In this document: positions 34,001-42,513 of the stretch, piece after piece | Numbering within the stretch: the first letter of the stretch is position 1 | How the letters are laid out: the number at the start of each line of letters is the position of its first letter | IMG/VR virus record: IMGVR_UViG_3300049139_000057 | Coordinates: 1 to 42,513 of that record | Strand: one strand, 5' to 3' | From: a virus | Lineage: Duplodnaviria; Caudoviricetes | Length of the DNA: 42,513 nucleotides | Translations under genes and position numbers: made by a program | Notes under the pieces: model-generated | What the model was told of the DNA's origin: nothing | The model's input: the letters and a program-made list of their open reading frames with translations, nothing else | The model's database searches: none

Positions 34001-34461
34001 TGTCCCCCGAACCCACCGCGCTGCCGGACGGCTACTACGCCGTGCCGGACCCCGACGCCCCGGCGCTCATGACGCTCTGGCACGTCAAGGACGGCAAGAC
34101 GAATGCGCGCCCGCCGAAGGGCACCCGCTACGGCCCGCAGGCCCGTCGTGGAGATGTCCCCGGCCGCCCCGGCGACGACGAGTACATCGCCTGGATGCGG
34201 AAGTACTTCGACGCCGTTACCGAGTGGCACGGCCGCGTCCGCGCCGCGATCGCTGCCAACCCGCAGGCCGCGATGCGCGCCTACGCGGCGCTCACCAATC
34301 ACTGCTGCAACTGCGGCCGGTTCCTCCGCGACGGGACGTCGAGGGCGATCGGTATCGGCCCGGACTGCCGGGAGCGGATGCCGCAGGACCTCATGCGGGC
34401 GTACCTCGCCGAGATCGACCGCGCCCGCTCCCTCAACGCCACACCTCCTGAGGAGTCCTGA
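34000..34461 (+). CDS. DUF6011-like zinc-finger protein
   Basis: CCNCGR.L.D..S...GIGPDC. Confidence 0.75.
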   Translation: MSPEPTALPDGYYAVPDPDAPALMTLWHVKDGKTNARPPKGTRYGPQARRGDVPGRPGDDEYIAWMRKYFDAVTEWHGRVRAAIAANPQAAMRAYAALTNHCCNCGRFLRDGTSRAIGIGPDCRERMPQDLMRAYLAEIDRARSLNATPPEES

Positions 34462-34787
34462 TGTCCGAACCCACCGATCTGACCGAAGCCGAACAGGCGA
34501 TCCACGTTGCGATCTGCGAAGGCTCACCGGAGGACTGCAAGGCCTGGCGTGGCCGTTGCGTCAAAGCCGCCGAAGCTGTCCGCCCAGTCATCGCCGCCGA
34601 AGCGCTGACGGCCGCCCGCCGCGACATCTCGGACTACCGCATCGGGCTCGGCCGCAACCGGACCCACGTGGACGCGCGATTCCAGGGACGGCTCCGGGGC
34701 CTCGAAGAAGCCGCGGGACAGCTGACTGCCCTGATCAAGTCCTTGCGCGCCAATGAGCCTGGAATCGAGGCCCCCGATGAGCACTGA
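34461..34787 (+). CDS. Hypothetical protein
   Basis: GAGGAG RBS, TGATG coupling. Confidence 0.6.
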   Translation: MSEPTDLTEAEQAIHVAICEGSPEDCKAWRGRCVKAAEAVRPVIAAEALTAARRDISDYRIGLGRNRTHVDARFQGRLRGLEEAAGQLTALIKSLRANEPGIEAPDEH

Positions 34788-35310
34788 GCCGACGCTGTTC
34801 ACGGCCACACTTACGCCAGCGGCTCGGAAGAACTACGGCCGAGACCGCATCAACCCCGGCGTCTTCGCCTCTGATGTCGACGCCTGGGAGACCCCGCAGG
34901 AACTGTACGACGAACTCGACGCCGAGTTCGGTTTCACGCTGGACCCATGCGCGTCCGATGCGACCGCCAAATGCGCGCGCTATTTCACTGCCGTCGACGA
35001 CGGTCTCGCACAGCCGTGGGACGGGGTCGTGTTCATGAACCCGCCCTATGGAAGGGAAATCGGCCGCTGGGTCAAGAAGGCGTACGACGAGTCCCGCCGT
35101 GGCGCGGTGGTGGTCTGCCTGATCCCAGCTCGCACCGACACCGCCTACTGGCACGACTACGTGATGCGCGCCGACGAAATCCGGTTCATCAGAGGCCGAC
35201 TGCATTTCGGCGGCCAGCACGAGCGCACCGCACACAACGCGCCGTTCCCGTCCGCTGTCGTCGTGTTCGGCGTGGGGCGCCCGCCGCTGATGAAGGGCAT
35301 GAGCCGATGA
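34777..35310 (+). CDS. Phage DNA N6-adenine methyltransferase (Dam-like)
   Basis: WETP, FTLDPCA, MNPPY, PARTDT, APFPS motifs. Confidence 0.9.
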   Translation: MSTEPTLFTATLTPAARKNYGRDRINPGVFASDVDAWETPQELYDELDAEFGFTLDPCASDATAKCARYFTAVDDGLAQPWDGVVFMNPPYGREIGRWVKKAYDESRRGAVVVCLIPARTDTAYWHDYVMRADEIRFIRGRLHFGGQHERTAHNAPFPSAVVVFGVGRPPLMKGMSR

Positions 35311-36044
35311 GCACTGAGCCGACGCGCGCCGAGCCGTACTACGAGGACGAATTCGTGACCCTCTACCACGGAGACTGCCGGGAGGTCGCCGCCTGGGCGG
35401 AAGCCGATGTGCTCGTTACCGACCCGCCCTACGGGTACTCACATCGAAGCGGTGGCGGCCCTCGCGGCAACGCCACATGGAAGAACACGATGATTGCCAA
35501 CGATGACAGCACCCAAGCCAGGGATGCCGTACTGGACCTGTGGGGTGATCGCCCCGCCCTTGTGTTCGGGACATGGAAGCGGCCTCGTCCCGCCTCAACG
35601 CGGACGTTGCTTGTCTGGGACAAGGGCGGCCACGCCGGGATGGGAGACCTCTCGCTTCCGTGGAAGCCCAACTTCGAAGAGATCTACGTCATCGGGTCGG
35701 GATTTTCGGGTGCCCGCGGGAGCGGTGTCCTCACCGGCTACCACGTTCCCGCCAGCGAGAGCGCGGGACGAACGCACCCACACCAAAAGCCCGTAAGCCT
35801 GATGGAGTCGCTGATCGCGAAGTGCCCAGCCGGCACCCTTGCCGATCCCTTTGCCGGTTCCGGGTCCACCCTCGTCGCCGCCCGCATCCTCGGTCGCCAC
35901 TCAATCGGCGTTGAGATTGACGAACGTTATTGCGAACTTGTTGCCAAGCGCCTCGAACAGGCCCCCCTGTTCACGGGAACGGGTATGGCCGCGGCCACCC
36001 CCAGCCAATCCTCGCTCCTCGACGAACTGGAGGCCGCATCATGA
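35307..36044 (+). CDS. DNA N4-cytosine/N6-adenine methyltransferase (beta class)
   Basis: TDPPY before HPHQKP and DPFAGSGST. Confidence 0.9.
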   Translation: MSTEPTRAEPYYEDEFVTLYHGDCREVAAWAEADVLVTDPPYGYSHRSGGGPRGNATWKNTMIANDDSTQARDAVLDLWGDRPALVFGTWKRPRPASTRTLLVWDKGGHAGMGDLSLPWKPNFEEIYVIGSGFSGARGSGVLTGYHVPASESAGRTHPHQKPVSLMESLIAKCPAGTLADPFAGSGSTLVAARILGRHSIGVEIDERYCELVAKRLEQAPLFTGTGMAAATPSQSSLLDELEAAS

Positions 36045-36571
36045 CCCGGGAAACATCCCGCCCGCCCGCTGAGGCCCACACTGGAGCCCCGAACACCGCC
36101 GGGACGGGTTCGGATAGGGGTACGGGTGAGCCAGAGACGCACAGAGGCGCACAGGCGGCCGGGCTGATCCCCGCCGACCTCATCGAGTCCAACCCGGACA
36201 TCCGCGGCGGCGAACCGTGCATGAAGGGCACCCGCGTCCCCGCTGCTGAAGTTGAGAGCCTCCTCGCCGACGGCCTCGGCTGGCACCAGGTCCACGAGTA
36301 CTGGCCCTCCGTGCCCGTCCCCGAAGGCACCGTGTGCACCGGGCGGGCCTGCGACTGCCGTTGGGGCCCCGCCGAGAAAGCCGTGGACCACTACCTCCAC
36401 GGCAAGGGCGGATCCACCCAGCTCTACAACATCGAGATCGCCGACATCACCAGGATCGTTACCCGACACGCCTACATCGAGGTCGCTGCTTCCCTCGACA
36501 ACCTCGGACACCACGACGCCGCCAGAGCCGTCCGGTCCACCGCGAAAGACCTGGAGGGCGGGGATGCGTAA
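36041..36571 (+). CDS. DUF433-containing protein
   Basis: IESNPDIRGGEPCMKGTRVP. Confidence 0.75.
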   Translation: MTRETSRPPAEAHTGAPNTAGTGSDRGTGEPETHRGAQAAGLIPADLIESNPDIRGGEPCMKGTRVPAAEVESLLADGLGWHQVHEYWPSVPVPEGTVCTGRACDCRWGPAEKAVDHYLHGKGGSTQLYNIEIADITRIVTRHAYIEVAASLDNLGHHDAARAVRSTAKDLEGGDA

Positions 36572-37253
36572 GCCGCGGCTGCTTGACCTCTACTCGTGCG
36601 CCGGCGGGGCGGGCATGGGCTACCACCTCGCCGGGTTCGACGTGGTCGGTGTGGACATCACGCCGCAACCGAACTACCCGTTCGAACACCACGTCGGGGA
36701 CGCGGTCGAATTCCTGCTCGAGCACGGGCACGAGTTCGACGCGATCCACGCCTCCCCGCCGTGCCAGGCGCACACCACCCTCACGAAAGGGAACGTCCAC
36801 CGGGGTATCGGGCTCGATCACGTCGATCTGATCCCCGCCACCAGAGAAGCCCTGGAGACAGTGGGCCGGCCGTACGTGATCGAGAACGTCAAGGGCGCAC
36901 CGCTGCGGGCGGACGTGGAGTTGTGCGGGCTCATGTTCGGCCTCAAGGTGTTCCGTCACCGGCTGTTCGAACTCGGCGGCTGGGGGATGCTCCAGCCCCA
37001 CCACCCCACGCACCGCGGCCACCGCGTCGCGGGCTGGCGCCACGGGAAGCGCTACGACGGCGACATGTTCGCGGTCTACGGCGACGGCGGCGGCAAGGGC
37101 TCAGTCCCCGAATGGCAGCAGGCCATGGGCATCGACTGGACCACTGAACGGTCCGAGATCGCCGAAGCCATCCCGCCGGCCTACACCAGGTTCATCGGCG
37201 CCCAGCTCATCAACCACCTGACCGCGACGACTGAACTGGAGTCCACCTCATGA
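36564..37253 (+). CDS. DNA cytosine-C5 methyltransferase (short phage type)
   Basis: LLDLYSCAGG, HASPPCQ, VIENV, EAIPPAY. Confidence 0.88.
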   Translation: MRKPRLLDLYSCAGGAGMGYHLAGFDVVGVDITPQPNYPFEHHVGDAVEFLLEHGHEFDAIHASPPCQAHTTLTKGNVHRGIGLDHVDLIPATREALETVGRPYVIENVKGAPLRADVELCGLMFGLKVFRHRLFELGGWGMLQPHHPTHRGHRVAGWRHGKRYDGDMFAVYGDGGGKGSVPEWQQAMGIDWTTERSEIAEAIPPAYTRFIGAQLINHLTATTELESTS

Positions 37254-37624
37254 CCATCACGCCGCCCACAGACGACACGCCACTCACCGACGAGGAGTTC
37301 GCCAACATCCGCGACAACCTCGCCAACGCCGACAAGAGCGCCGACCCGTGGGAGATCGTCCCGAACTACCGGGCCGTCCGGGGCCTGCTCGCCGAGGTCG
37401 ACCGGCTCCGGGCCGAGCTGGCCGAGACCCGCCGTGTCGCCGACGAAGAGCGGGCTGAACTCATGGAGGCGCTGAACCATGCATCCACCGAAAACGGCCT
37501 CCTTGCCAGGCAGGCCGACGAGGTCGACGGCCGACTTCAAGCGCTGTATGTCGGCCTCGGGATCACGAAAGCTGATGTGGCCCACGTCCGCGCCGCCCTC
37601 GGCGAAACCGGAGGCACCGAATGA
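37250..37624 (+). CDS. Coiled-coil hypothetical protein
   Basis: ATGA coupling; LLAEVDRLRAEL. Confidence 0.65.
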   Translation: MTITPPTDDTPLTDEEFANIRDNLANADKSADPWEIVPNYRAVRGLLAEVDRLRAELAETRRVADEERAELMEALNHASTENGLLARQADEVDGRLQALYVGLGITKADVAHVRAALGETGGTE

Positions 37625-37848
37625 ACCGCGCTGACAACAAGAAGTGGGTTCGCCGAGAGGCCCGATACCGCATCGTCGACCTCGTCGCGTCCGCCATCGC
37701 AGGCGCCGACCTCCTCGCCCACGACCACGGCTACTCCGACGAGGAGTACAACGAAATCACGGCCGAGATCCGCCGAGTCCTCGCCCGACACGAGCGCTAT
37801 GCATCGGCCCTCGTTGGCTCCGATGAGTTCCCCGGGGAGCAGCGATGA
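37621..37848 (+). CDS. Hypothetical protein
   Basis: GGAGG RBS, ATGA coupling. Confidence 0.6.
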   Translation: MNRADNKKWVRREARYRIVDLVASAIAGADLLAHDHGYSDEEYNEITAEIRRVLARHERYASALVGSDEFPGEQR

Positions 37849-38297
37849 GCACCGAACCGACCGCCGAGGACCGACGACTCGACCGACCGGGGCCGATATC
37901 GGAACCGTGGCTGGCCCAGATCATCCGGCCGTTCCTGCGTCACCAGTCCGAGGCATGGAAGGACGGCGCGGCCGCCGAGTGCGCCCAGACGATCAACTTC
38001 TATCTCGCCGAGCACCAACTCGACTGGGCTGACGTCCGCGAAGCCGCCAGGAAAGCCGGGCTGGACATCGTCCTGCGCTTCGGAAGGCTCAAGCGCGGCC
38101 AGATCCGGCACGGCATGTGGACCTGGCGGTCACACACGCCCGCAGGTGACATCGCCGCAACCTACCGCGGCCGGGTTCTGGGCACCTCCATCGAATTGAT
38201 CGGGGTGCGCGGCTCGATGCACCTAAACGACCCGACGCCCGCCGAAGTCCTGTCGGCCGCCCGCCTCGTCGGCCTCGGAGGAGACAGCGATGCCTGA
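37845..38297 (+). CDS. Hypothetical protein
   Basis: ATGA coupling, GGAG RBS. Confidence 0.6.
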   Translation: MSTEPTAEDRRLDRPGPISEPWLAQIIRPFLRHQSEAWKDGAAAECAQTINFYLAEHQLDWADVREAARKAGLDIVLRFGRLKRGQIRHGMWTWRSHTPAGDIAATYRGRVLGTSIELIGVRGSMHLNDPTPAEVLSAARLVGLGGDSDA

Positions 38298-38613
38298 GCA
38301 GAACGAGACCCAGCGCCTCGTGCGCGACGCCATCAGCAAGGCCGCACGCGAGCTTTACGAAAAGTCGAAGGCGATCCCGGCTCCGTGCGGGTGCACGCCC
38401 AAGGCCCGATGTGACGCCCACTGCCGCGTCAAGATCCGACGCGCCTACGACGACGGGGGATACCGAGGCTGGTTCGCCAAGTGCAACGGGACGAGCGAGG
38501 TCATGTTCTGCACCGCCGGATCGGCGAGTCTGTGGGAGCTTCACGACTGGGCCACTGAACACGTCACCAAGCACCGTCAGTCCCGCTTCAGAGGAGCCCG
38601 CGATGCCGACTGA
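38290..38613 (+). CDS. Cys-containing hypothetical protein
   Basis: GGAGG RBS; overlap coupling. Confidence 0.6.
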   Translation: MPEQNETQRLVRDAISKAARELYEKSKAIPAPCGCTPKARCDAHCRVKIRRAYDDGGYRGWFAKCNGTSEVMFCTAGSASLWELHDWATEHVTKHRQSRFRGARDAD

Positions 38614-38935
38614 CCTCTGCCGTGTCTGCGACCACCCCCGAGAGGGCCACGGCCGCCGCTACGCCGCACTGACCGGCCTGCACGAGTGGGTCCCCGACGA
38701 CATGCCGCGACTCGACGAGGTCCCCACGGCTACCGGCGTCCGCTGGTGCCCGTGCGGACCGGGCGAGACCTGCGCATGGTGCGCACCCCCCGTTACCGAA
38801 GAGCGCGAGTGGACACCCGAGATGGGCCACCCGCTCCCGCCCGCCCGGGACATTGACCGCGAATGCACCGACACCGACCCATGCGGCTATTGCAAGCCCG
38901 CAGGTGGGCCGAACTACGGAAGGAGCAGGGCATGA
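38603..38935 (+). CDS. Cys-rich (multi zinc-finger-like) hypothetical protein
   Basis: GAGGAG RBS; CRVC, CPC...CAWC, C...CGYC. Confidence 0.6.
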   Translation: MPTDLCRVCDHPREGHGRRYAALTGLHEWVPDDMPRLDEVPTATGVRWCPCGPGETCAWCAPPVTEEREWTPEMGHPLPPARDIDRECTDTDPCGYCKPAGGPNYGRSRA

Positions 38936-39174
38936 CCTCTGGCACCTGGAAGCCCGTCCCGCAGCAGCCCTGCGCGTGCGTCGTCTGCGACGAGGAGAAG
39001 CGGTCCCAGCAGTTCAAGGGGAGCGTCGAGCTCCTTGCTCAAGCCTTCCGCGACATCGTGGCGGAACTCAATCCCGCCTTCAAGGCGCTCGCCGACGCGC
39101 TCACCGGTCCCGAGGAGAAACCGCCGACGACCGGACCGCAACGCCGCTACACCGGCAACCCGAAGCACCACTAG
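38932..39174 (+). CDS. Hypothetical protein
   Basis: AAGGAG RBS, ATGA coupling. Confidence 0.6.
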   Translation: MTSGTWKPVPQQPCACVVCDEEKRSQQFKGSVELLAQAFRDIVAELNPAFKALADALTGPEEKPPTTGPQRRYTGNPKHH

Positions 39175-39175
39175 C

Positions 39176-39240
39176 GCGGCGCGGGCACGGCACCCGCGCC
39201 GCCGGATTTGCGACCTCATCCGCTGGGGTCGCAAACCCGG
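39176..39240 (+). terminator. Twin hairpins ending the early operon
   Basis: GCGGCGCGGG/CCCGCGCCGC and TTTGCGACC/GGTCGCAAA stems. Confidence 0.55.
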
Positions 39241-39307
39241 CCACCGACTTAGACGCTCACGCATGAACCTCTCGACCCAGTACCATCGATCGTCCACGGG
39301 GGACACC

Positions 39308-40255
39308 ATGAACGACACCTGCCACCGCTGCGGAAGGCCCGTCGCCGATTCAGCGCCGTGCTGCTCGGCCTGCGTCGAACAGACGCGGGACAACCTCCAG
39401 TTCGTCGCCCTGCACGCCGGCGACCTGGAGACCACCCTCACCCGCCAGGACCGCGTCTCCTCCGGCACCGGAGGCCGGGCGAGTGCCGAGACGCCGCTCC
39501 CACTCAACCTCTACGCGAGCGACGTCGGGCAGCGGCTCCGCAACACGCTCACGACGTGGACGCGACTCGTCGCCGACGAACGCGGGGTCTCCATTGCGGA
39601 AGCCTTCCCCGACGCCCACCCGGTCTGGTACGGGCCCACCTGCCCTAGCGGTGGGGGATCTTGGTGTACGCACGCCTCCTGCCGGACCATCCTCCTCGCC
39701 GGGCCCCGCGAGGTCGCCAACGCGGAGATGGCCTCCTGGCTCTCCGACCGCCTCGGGTGGATCGCCCACCGCGAATGGGGCCCCGAGTGCTTCGACGAGC
39801 TCTCCCGCTGCGCGGTGGACCTTCAGCGGGCCATCGACTCCCCGCCGCCCATGATCTCCCTCGGCAGGTGCGACCGGGAGAACTGCAAGGGCGAGCTGCG
39901 AGCCCACCAGGAGGCCGCCTTCGTGAAGTGCCCCGAATGCCGGGACCCGTACGACGTCGCCAAGCGCAAGATCGTGCTCCTTGACCGCGCCAACCACATC
40001 CAGCGAGGCGCGGCGAGCCTCGCGCGCATCCTCACCGCCCTCAGCGACCGCGACCCCTACGGGCAGTTGATTGTCCGCGACGCGAAGTGGATCGCCAACC
40101 GCGTGCAGCGCAAGCAGCTCCTCGCCGTCGGCAAGGACGCGTCCGGGCGGCCCCTCTACAGCCTCGGTGCGGCCCGACGCCTCCACGACCAGGACATCCA
40201 GCAAGCCATACTGAAGGCCGCACGCGCGGCAGAGAAGGAGACCCAGGCAGCATGA
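39308..40255 (+). CDS. Zinc-binding protein with C-terminal winged-helix-like motif (putative late regulator)
   Basis: Several Cys clusters, PLNLYASD, GRPLYSLG; position just before the terminase region. Confidence 0.65.
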   Translation: MNDTCHRCGRPVADSAPCCSACVEQTRDNLQFVALHAGDLETTLTRQDRVSSGTGGRASAETPLPLNLYASDVGQRLRNTLTTWTRLVADERGVSIAEAFPDAHPVWYGPTCPSGGGSWCTHASCRTILLAGPREVANAEMASWLSDRLGWIAHREWGPECFDELSRCAVDLQRAIDSPPPMISLGRCDRENCKGELRAHQEAAFVKCPECRDPYDVAKRKIVLLDRANHIQRGAASLARILTALSDRDPYGQLIVRDAKWIANRVQRKQLLAVGKDASGRPLYSLGAARRLHDQDIQQAILKAARAAEKETQAA

Positions 40256-40539
40256 GCGACGCAGAGGAGGACCAGCACTGGACCGCTCACTTCCACCGCT
40301 GGCACGCCCCCGAGGTTCAAGAGTGCGATTCGCCCGCGGAGGCGTTCTCGGCCCTGATGTGGGGTGAGGAGAGCTTCAGTCTCTCCGCTGACCGGATCAC
40401 CAACCCGGACGGAAGCACGCTCATCGAGGGCGACGAACTGGACCGGCTCATCAGCTCGGGCAGCCCCGAAGCGTTCGACGCGTGGCTGAAGGAGCATCCT
40501 CATGACCCTCTCCATCGTCGATCGACAATCGCGAAGTAG
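40252..40539 (+). CDS. Hypothetical protein
   Basis: AAGGAG RBS, ATGA coupling. Confidence 0.6.
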   Translation: MSDAEEDQHWTAHFHRWHAPEVQECDSPAEAFSALMWGEESFSLSADRITNPDGSTLIEGDELDRLISSGSPEAFDAWLKEHPHDPLHRRSTIAK

Positions 40540-40549
40540 CGACCCCGCC

Positions 40550-40578
40550 TTGACACAATAAGTTCGGGGTGAGAACAT
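40550..40578 (+). promoter_or_regulatory. Candidate late promoter
   Basis: TTGACA-N17-GAACAT in AT-rich intergenic DNA upstream of terS. Confidence 0.55.
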
Positions 40579-40692
40579 AACGTTCATAGGGTCGAGAGCA
40601 CTGTCTCCCGGCCCCTCAGCATTTCTCCGGGGGTAGCAGCGGGGAGGCCCTGGGCCTCCCCGCTTCCTCGTCTGAACCCACGGGAGGTGCAC

Positions 40693-41172
40693 ATGCCCTC
40701 CCCGATCCCTGAAGCGACCCGAGCAGCAGTCCTCGAAGACATCGCCTCCGAAGAGGAACTGTCCACCCGCACGATCGCCGACCGACACGGCGTCTCCGAA
40801 TCAACCGTCCGCAAGATCGCCAAGGACAACGGATTCACCGACGCGTTCACGCGCGCGAACACCGAAAACGCGACCCGCGCGCGTGTGGCCGACATGGCCT
40901 CCCGCCGCGCCGAGCTCGCCGCCGGCCTCCTGGAAGACGCCGAGAAGCTCCGTAAGCGCGCCTGGTCGAAGTACGTCCACGTCGCCAACGGCTCCGAAGG
41001 CCTGGAATCCATCGAGCTCGAGCTCCCTCCGCTGTCTGAGGTGCGCAACGCCTATGCGGCGCTGGGGATCTCGGTGGACAAGCATTTGCAGTTGGTGAAG
41101 CACGACACCGACACGAACGGCATGGCCGCCGTCGACGAGTGGATCGTGTACATGCGAGGCGGCTCCGAGTGA
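40693..41172 (+). CDS. terS: Terminase small subunit (HTH type)
   Basis: GGAGG RBS; N-terminal HTH STRTIADRHGVSESTVRKIA; GTGA coupling to terL. Confidence 0.8.
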   Translation: MPSPIPEATRAAVLEDIASEEELSTRTIADRHGVSESTVRKIAKDNGFTDAFTRANTENATRARVADMASRRAELAAGLLEDAEKLRKRAWSKYVHVANGSEGLESIELELPPLSEVRNAYAALGISVDKHLQLVKHDTDTNGMAAVDEWIVYMRGGSE

Positions 41173-42458
41173 GGTTCCGGCCCCTGGCCGGGAAGCAGCT
41201 CGAGGCCGTGCAACTGTCGACCGCTCGGGAGAACATCTTCGAAGGGGCCGTGCGCTCCTCGAAGACGATCTCCTCGATCGTGAAGTGGCTGGAGTTCGTC
41301 CGCCTCGGGCCCTCGGGCCCGCTGCTGATGGTCGGGAAGACCGAACGGACCCTGAAGCGGAACATCATCGACCCGATCACGGAGATGGTGGGATCGAAGC
41401 GGTGCCGGTTCAAGGTCGGCGCCGGCGAAGTCGACCTCCTCGGCAGAACCATCTACGTCGCCGGCGCACACGATGAGTCGTCGGCGGACAAGATCCGCGG
41501 CATGACCCTCGCCGGAGCCTACGGCGACGAGCTCACCGTCTGGCCTGAGTCGTTCTACGACATGCTCGGCACCCGCTTGAGCGTCCCGGGGGCGCAGTTC
41601 TTCGGCACCACCAACCCGGCGGCCCCGACGCACTGGCTGATGAAGAAGTACCTCAAGCGCGCCAAGCTGCACCTCGACCGCGACGGCGTCATCCATCGCA
41701 ATGCCGACCCCAAAGCGCTGAACATGCACCGGTTCTCGTTCAAGCTCGCCGACAACCCGAGCCTGACCGACGAGTACACCAAGGAACTCTCCACGAAGTA
41801 CACGGGCCTGTTCTACCGCCGGTACATCCTCGGGGAATGGGTCCTCGCCGAAGGTGCCGTGTACGAGCACTGGGACCCCTCGAAGCACGTCGTGCAAGAC
41901 CTGCCCCGCATCGACACCTGGCTGGGCGTCGGCATCGACTACGGCGCGACGAACCCGTTCTCCGCGATCCTCGCCGGCATCGGAACCAGCCCTGACGGCA
42001 TCCGCCGCGTGTACCTCACGCACGAGTACCGCTACGACGCCTCGAGCGCGGGCCGCCAGATGGCCCCGTCCGAATACTCCGAAGCCGTCCAGCACTGGCT
42101 GGCGAACGCCCAAGTGCCGGGCGAGAACCGCAAGGGCATCAAGCCCCCGTGGATCTTCATCGACCCCGCAGCGGACTTCGACAACCAGCTGTTCCACGAC
42201 GGCGTCCTGAATGTCGCCGACGCCGACAACGCCGTCCTCCCGGGAATCCAGACCGTCTCCTCGCTGATCGCCTCCGACCGGCTCAGAGTCCACGAGTCCT
42301 GCACAGGCTGGACTGATGAAGCCCCCGGCTACTCGTGGGACCCCAAGGCGACTGAGCGCGGCGAGGACAAGCCCCTCAAGGTGAACGACCACTCGATGGA
42401 CGCCGGCCGGTACATCCTCCACACCAACGCCCACAAGATCAGCCGACTGATCGCCTAG
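41169..42458 (+). CDS. terL: Terminase large subunit (PBSX-like)
   Basis: EGAVRSSKT, IRGMT, YGDE, TTNP, GIDYG, DHSMDAGRY motifs. Confidence 0.93.
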   Translation: MRFRPLAGKQLEAVQLSTARENIFEGAVRSSKTISSIVKWLEFVRLGPSGPLLMVGKTERTLKRNIIDPITEMVGSKRCRFKVGAGEVDLLGRTIYVAGAHDESSADKIRGMTLAGAYGDELTVWPESFYDMLGTRLSVPGAQFFGTTNPAAPTHWLMKKYLKRAKLHLDRDGVIHRNADPKALNMHRFSFKLADNPSLTDEYTKELSTKYTGLFYRRYILGEWVLAEGAVYEHWDPSKHVVQDLPRIDTWLGVGIDYGATNPFSAILAGIGTSPDGIRRVYLTHEYRYDASSAGRQMAPSEYSEAVQHWLANAQVPGENRKGIKPPWIFIDPAADFDNQLFHDGVLNVADADNAVLPGIQTVSSLIASDRLRVHESCTGWTDEAPGYSWDPKATERGEDKPLKVNDHSMDAGRYILHTNAHKISRLIA

Positions 42459-42513
42459 GAGGTGACCGCCATGTTCAAGCGCCGACACGCCTCCATCACA
42501 TGCGGGCTCGGCA
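42448..42513 (+). repeat. Terminal direct repeat, right copy
   Basis: Identical to 1-66; contains terL stop and start of gene 1. Confidence 0.95.

Larger units (their letters stand above)
1..42513. mobile_element. Complete temperate siphovirus (actinobacteriophage) genome, circularly permuted
   Basis: Ordered terminase-portal-head-tail-lysis-integrase-repressor-replication modules; ends overlap by 66 bp. Confidence 0.95.

Noticed and set aside
41052-42488. 478-aa minus-strand ORF
   Set aside because: Antisense shadow of terL.
42448-42513. 66-bp end repeat as a biological terminal repeat
   Set aside because: It spans the terL stop and the start of gene 1, and PBSX-like terminases are usually headful packagers; a circular-assembly overlap is more likely.

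Overview
The window looks like one complete, circularly permuted, high-GC temperate siphovirus genome of an actinobacterial host. Bases 1-66 repeat exactly at 42448-42513, giving a unit genome of about 42,447 bp. The DUF397/XRE pair suggests a filamentous actinomycete, possibly Glycomyces-like; this is an inference. Layout: portal, head, tail and baseplate genes (24-15487); lysis cassette (15549-17492); an accessory and regulatory centre (17646-25989); a rightward early arm (25783-40539); terminase genes (40693-42458). The centre holds a lipoprotein moron, a small divergent operon with its own operators, a WhiJ/BldB-type XRE-DUF397 module, a hairpin-dense non-coding stretch, a large serine-family recombinase with a candidate attP, and a repressor/Cro switch. 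The early arm holds a Bro-N antirepressor, Sak4-like ATPase, HNH, RusA-like resolvase, replication initiator and three DNA methyltransferases. The most striking observation is the otherwise intact integrase, which has Thr in place of the catalytic Ser (YCRIT) and a second Ser-to-Thr change in the D-x-x-x-S motif (DNHIT). No tRNA, rRNA, CRISPR array, reverse transcriptase or IS element was recognised. All functional calls come from motif recognition and gene order, not database searches.
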